Shown piece after piece: positions 57,746-64,000 of a stretch of 64,000 nucleotides of DNA. Both the position numbers and the translations under genes were made by a program. The notes under the pieces are model-generated. The model did not search any database, was not told where the DNA came from, and saw nothing but the letters and a program-made list of their open reading frames with translations. Position 1 is the first letter of the stretch. The number at the start of each line of letters is the position of its first letter. The DNA comes from the human T2T-CHM13v2.0 reference genome, Homo sapiens. Location: the NCBI RefSeq assembly GCF_009914755.1, contig NC_060938.1; one strand, 5' to 3'.

Positions 57746-59828
57746 GTACCAACCTGAAGGCTTTGCTTGCTATAGTGAAGTTATGTATATTGATTTTTCT
57801 TCCCATGTCAGAAAAATTGTTTATAGATAATCCATTTTTAAAAGAAACTATTAGGATTGGCTTTTCTCCCCCTTTCTCAGTAACTTCTTAACTGTTTTAT
57901 TCCACTTAGACATGTCCAAAATTCCAATCATATAATATGTCAAAAGTGCCTTGTTATTTTTTCTTCTTTATTCACAGTGCTCTTTCTGGCAATGAACACA
58001 ACTAAGTCCTATATAAGTGTTCATTAACAAACCAAGCACAAAAATTATTAATGGATCAAAATTTGAGTGAGCTACACATCTAAAATAGTACCTTTTAATG
58101 ATGAGAAGAGCATTTCTATAATATACTTTAAAACTTGGGATATAAACTCACCTTTCACCCATGATATAGGAGAGAATAGTAAATAGTTTATGTTTTTGTT
58201 CCTCTTCACATCTTAGAAGTTGTTAAAATTCTTAGTTCACCACAGCAGTCTAATTTAATAAATCCGAGAGGTTTGTGATTCAAAAAGAAAAACCTTTTGT
58301 GATTGCTACATTTCAGTATGAAGTGTCTAAGATGCATTTTTGTATAAACAAAGTATCTAATTGCCTCCCATTATCTTTAGCGAATAGACATAATCTTCCA
58401 GTGAAAATGGCTGAGGTGGGGATATGACTCACTGCCAGTGTCTGTGCTTCCTCAGCCCTCACAGGGAAGCAGTCAGCCATCTCCAATGCCATCTCCTCAC
58501 GCTGGATTATATGCATGCTTCCCAAAATTTTGAACTGTTAACATGATTTATAAAAACTGTCTTGGCAGACAAGCTAAAACCTACTTTAACTGGAAATGTG
58601 ACAGAGTCAAGACTCTTGCATATTCCCAAAAACTCATAAAAAACAACTGATGGAACAAGTTATACCCATTTAATCCTTGGTAGATAATGCTGTCTGAAAG
58701 GCTGTTCCCATGTATACCTGGAAGGGTCAGTTACAGGGGCATGAAGATCAAGGCCCTCAGAGAATAGCAGACTCTCCAATTTAACTAAGTGTAGGTTCTG
58801 AATAAAAGAATAGTGGAAATACAGGAAAGGTACCTTATATAGAAAGGAGAACTCACCAAGATAAAACCTTGAATATTTAAGAGAACTAGGATACAGCTAA
58901 ACTGAAATGGCACAGAAATAGATCAAGACGAGCTGGTCTGAGCTGGTCCAAGGATCAGCTTGTGATGTAGATTCAAAGGACAGCCAGTTCCTGGGAGAGA
59001 TGATAGCGTCTCCTCCAGCCCTCCCTCCTAGCCCATGAGCTACAGTCCAGTAGGGAATAGTACTAGGAAACCTATACAACCCTGACACCACCCTGGTCAC
59101 AGATGACCACAGATGCTCCCATGGAAGGTACACACTGGAAAGTAGGGAAAAGGTGCACAAGGAGACAGTCATGGAGAGACGCTGCAACGTAGGGAAAACT
59201 GAACAAATTCCCCAGAATGCCAGGAATTTGGATCAATCCACACAAGAGGCACTGGGAGGAAAAATGGATTTTGAAGAATGTAAAATACCAACTTATTTTA
59301 AATTTTACAACACTTAAGTCAACATTACTAACCAGGAGTTAATATATAGAATACAGATATATAAAAGATATAAAGTCCTGTATCCTGTTTACAAGCACAG
59401 AAAAGTGACCTTCAGAGAAGTATGTTCTTATCCAAAAACAATATATAGTGGCCACTTGACTCATGCTCTCTAAAGAAATAAAAGGGATTGTGCAGAAGCG
59501 TTTATGGACCTAAAGATGTGGGTTCCCACTCACTCCTATCTCCCACCAGTATCCTTCCTTCTCCCTGCCATCCAGGTTGGTCCAAGACCCCACCACATTT
59601 CAGGTTCATTCCTTTAAGTTCAGCATCATCCTTGTTCTCACTACTCTGTCTTCTCTTTAATTATATATCTCTTTAAAAAAAAAAAAGAAATATTAAATCC
59701 TTAAACAGATCCCCTAGATACAGGCTTTCAAACTTTTGACTACAACCTACAGTAAGAAATGCATTTTACATCTGGAGCCAGTGCACACACACACAATTAT
59801 GCCTATAAAACCTACATAGAAGTTTCTC

Positions 59829-60802
<974 letters not shown>

Positions 60803-61054
60803 TAATGCTGTTGACCCAATTCACAGTTTGAAATATACAGATAGGGTACACTGATTCAGTTCTCTCTGTAGCAGTATAAGGAAGTGGCTAAGAATTCTGC
60901 AGTCAGACTCTCTGGATTCAAATACCAGCTCTACTACTTGTGTCAACCTCTCTGCCTCAGTTGCCTTGTCATGGGGATAAGAGAAATGTTTACTTGAAAA
61001 CTGGAAGATGAACCAAGACCATCCAACGTAAAGCTTTTAACCCATTAAAAAGTA

Positions 61055-63708
<2,654 letters not shown>

Positions 63709-64000
63709 AACCAGAACAGTTTTCTAATGTGGAATGATGTGTTCTTTGCAGTTATTAATCCTCTTTAAATGAATCTTCGCTCATGAGATATTTCAGCTAA
63801 CCATTTCTCAAGTAAATCTGTGAGTCACTTTAGATAATTCTGTGACCTGTCTCAGGGTCAGAAATTCCTCTCTCTTTGGGTAATTAGATCCATGCTAGAT
63901 TACAGAACACTGTCCTATGAATTCTCTTTAAGGGAGGATTCCCAAAGCCTGGCCGATGCTGTGAAGTAAACCACTTTCTGTGTCTGCAAGGGGCAAAATG

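Overview
Human (primate) genomic DNA containing most of GCH1 (GTP cyclohydrolase 1) on the minus strand. Exons 2-6 are present with canonical GT-AG boundaries, and the 3'UTR ends near 5235. Exon 1 and the promoter lie beyond the right end. The terminal exon region shows alternative acceptors and donors that give C-terminally variant isoforms. Intron 1 holds a full-length, inactivated L1PA4/5-like LINE-1 (antisense to GCH1, inserted into an Alu linker), the MIR4308 hairpin, a CTCCA(TA)n minisatellite and an FDPS processed pseudogene interrupted by two Alus. Intron 3 holds a twin-primed, 5'-inverted L1, an MLT2A LTR and a MER82. About 50 Alus and several Tigger/MER, MIR, L2 and old L1M fragments fill the rest. 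The structure these annotations explain least is a ~306-bp, ~93%-identical inverted repeat in intron 2, made of ancient L1M-like sequence and apparently homogenised by gene conversion. No prokaryotic-type system is present. Repeat subfamily names come from recalled consensus sequences, and repeat boundaries are approximate (about +/-10 bp).
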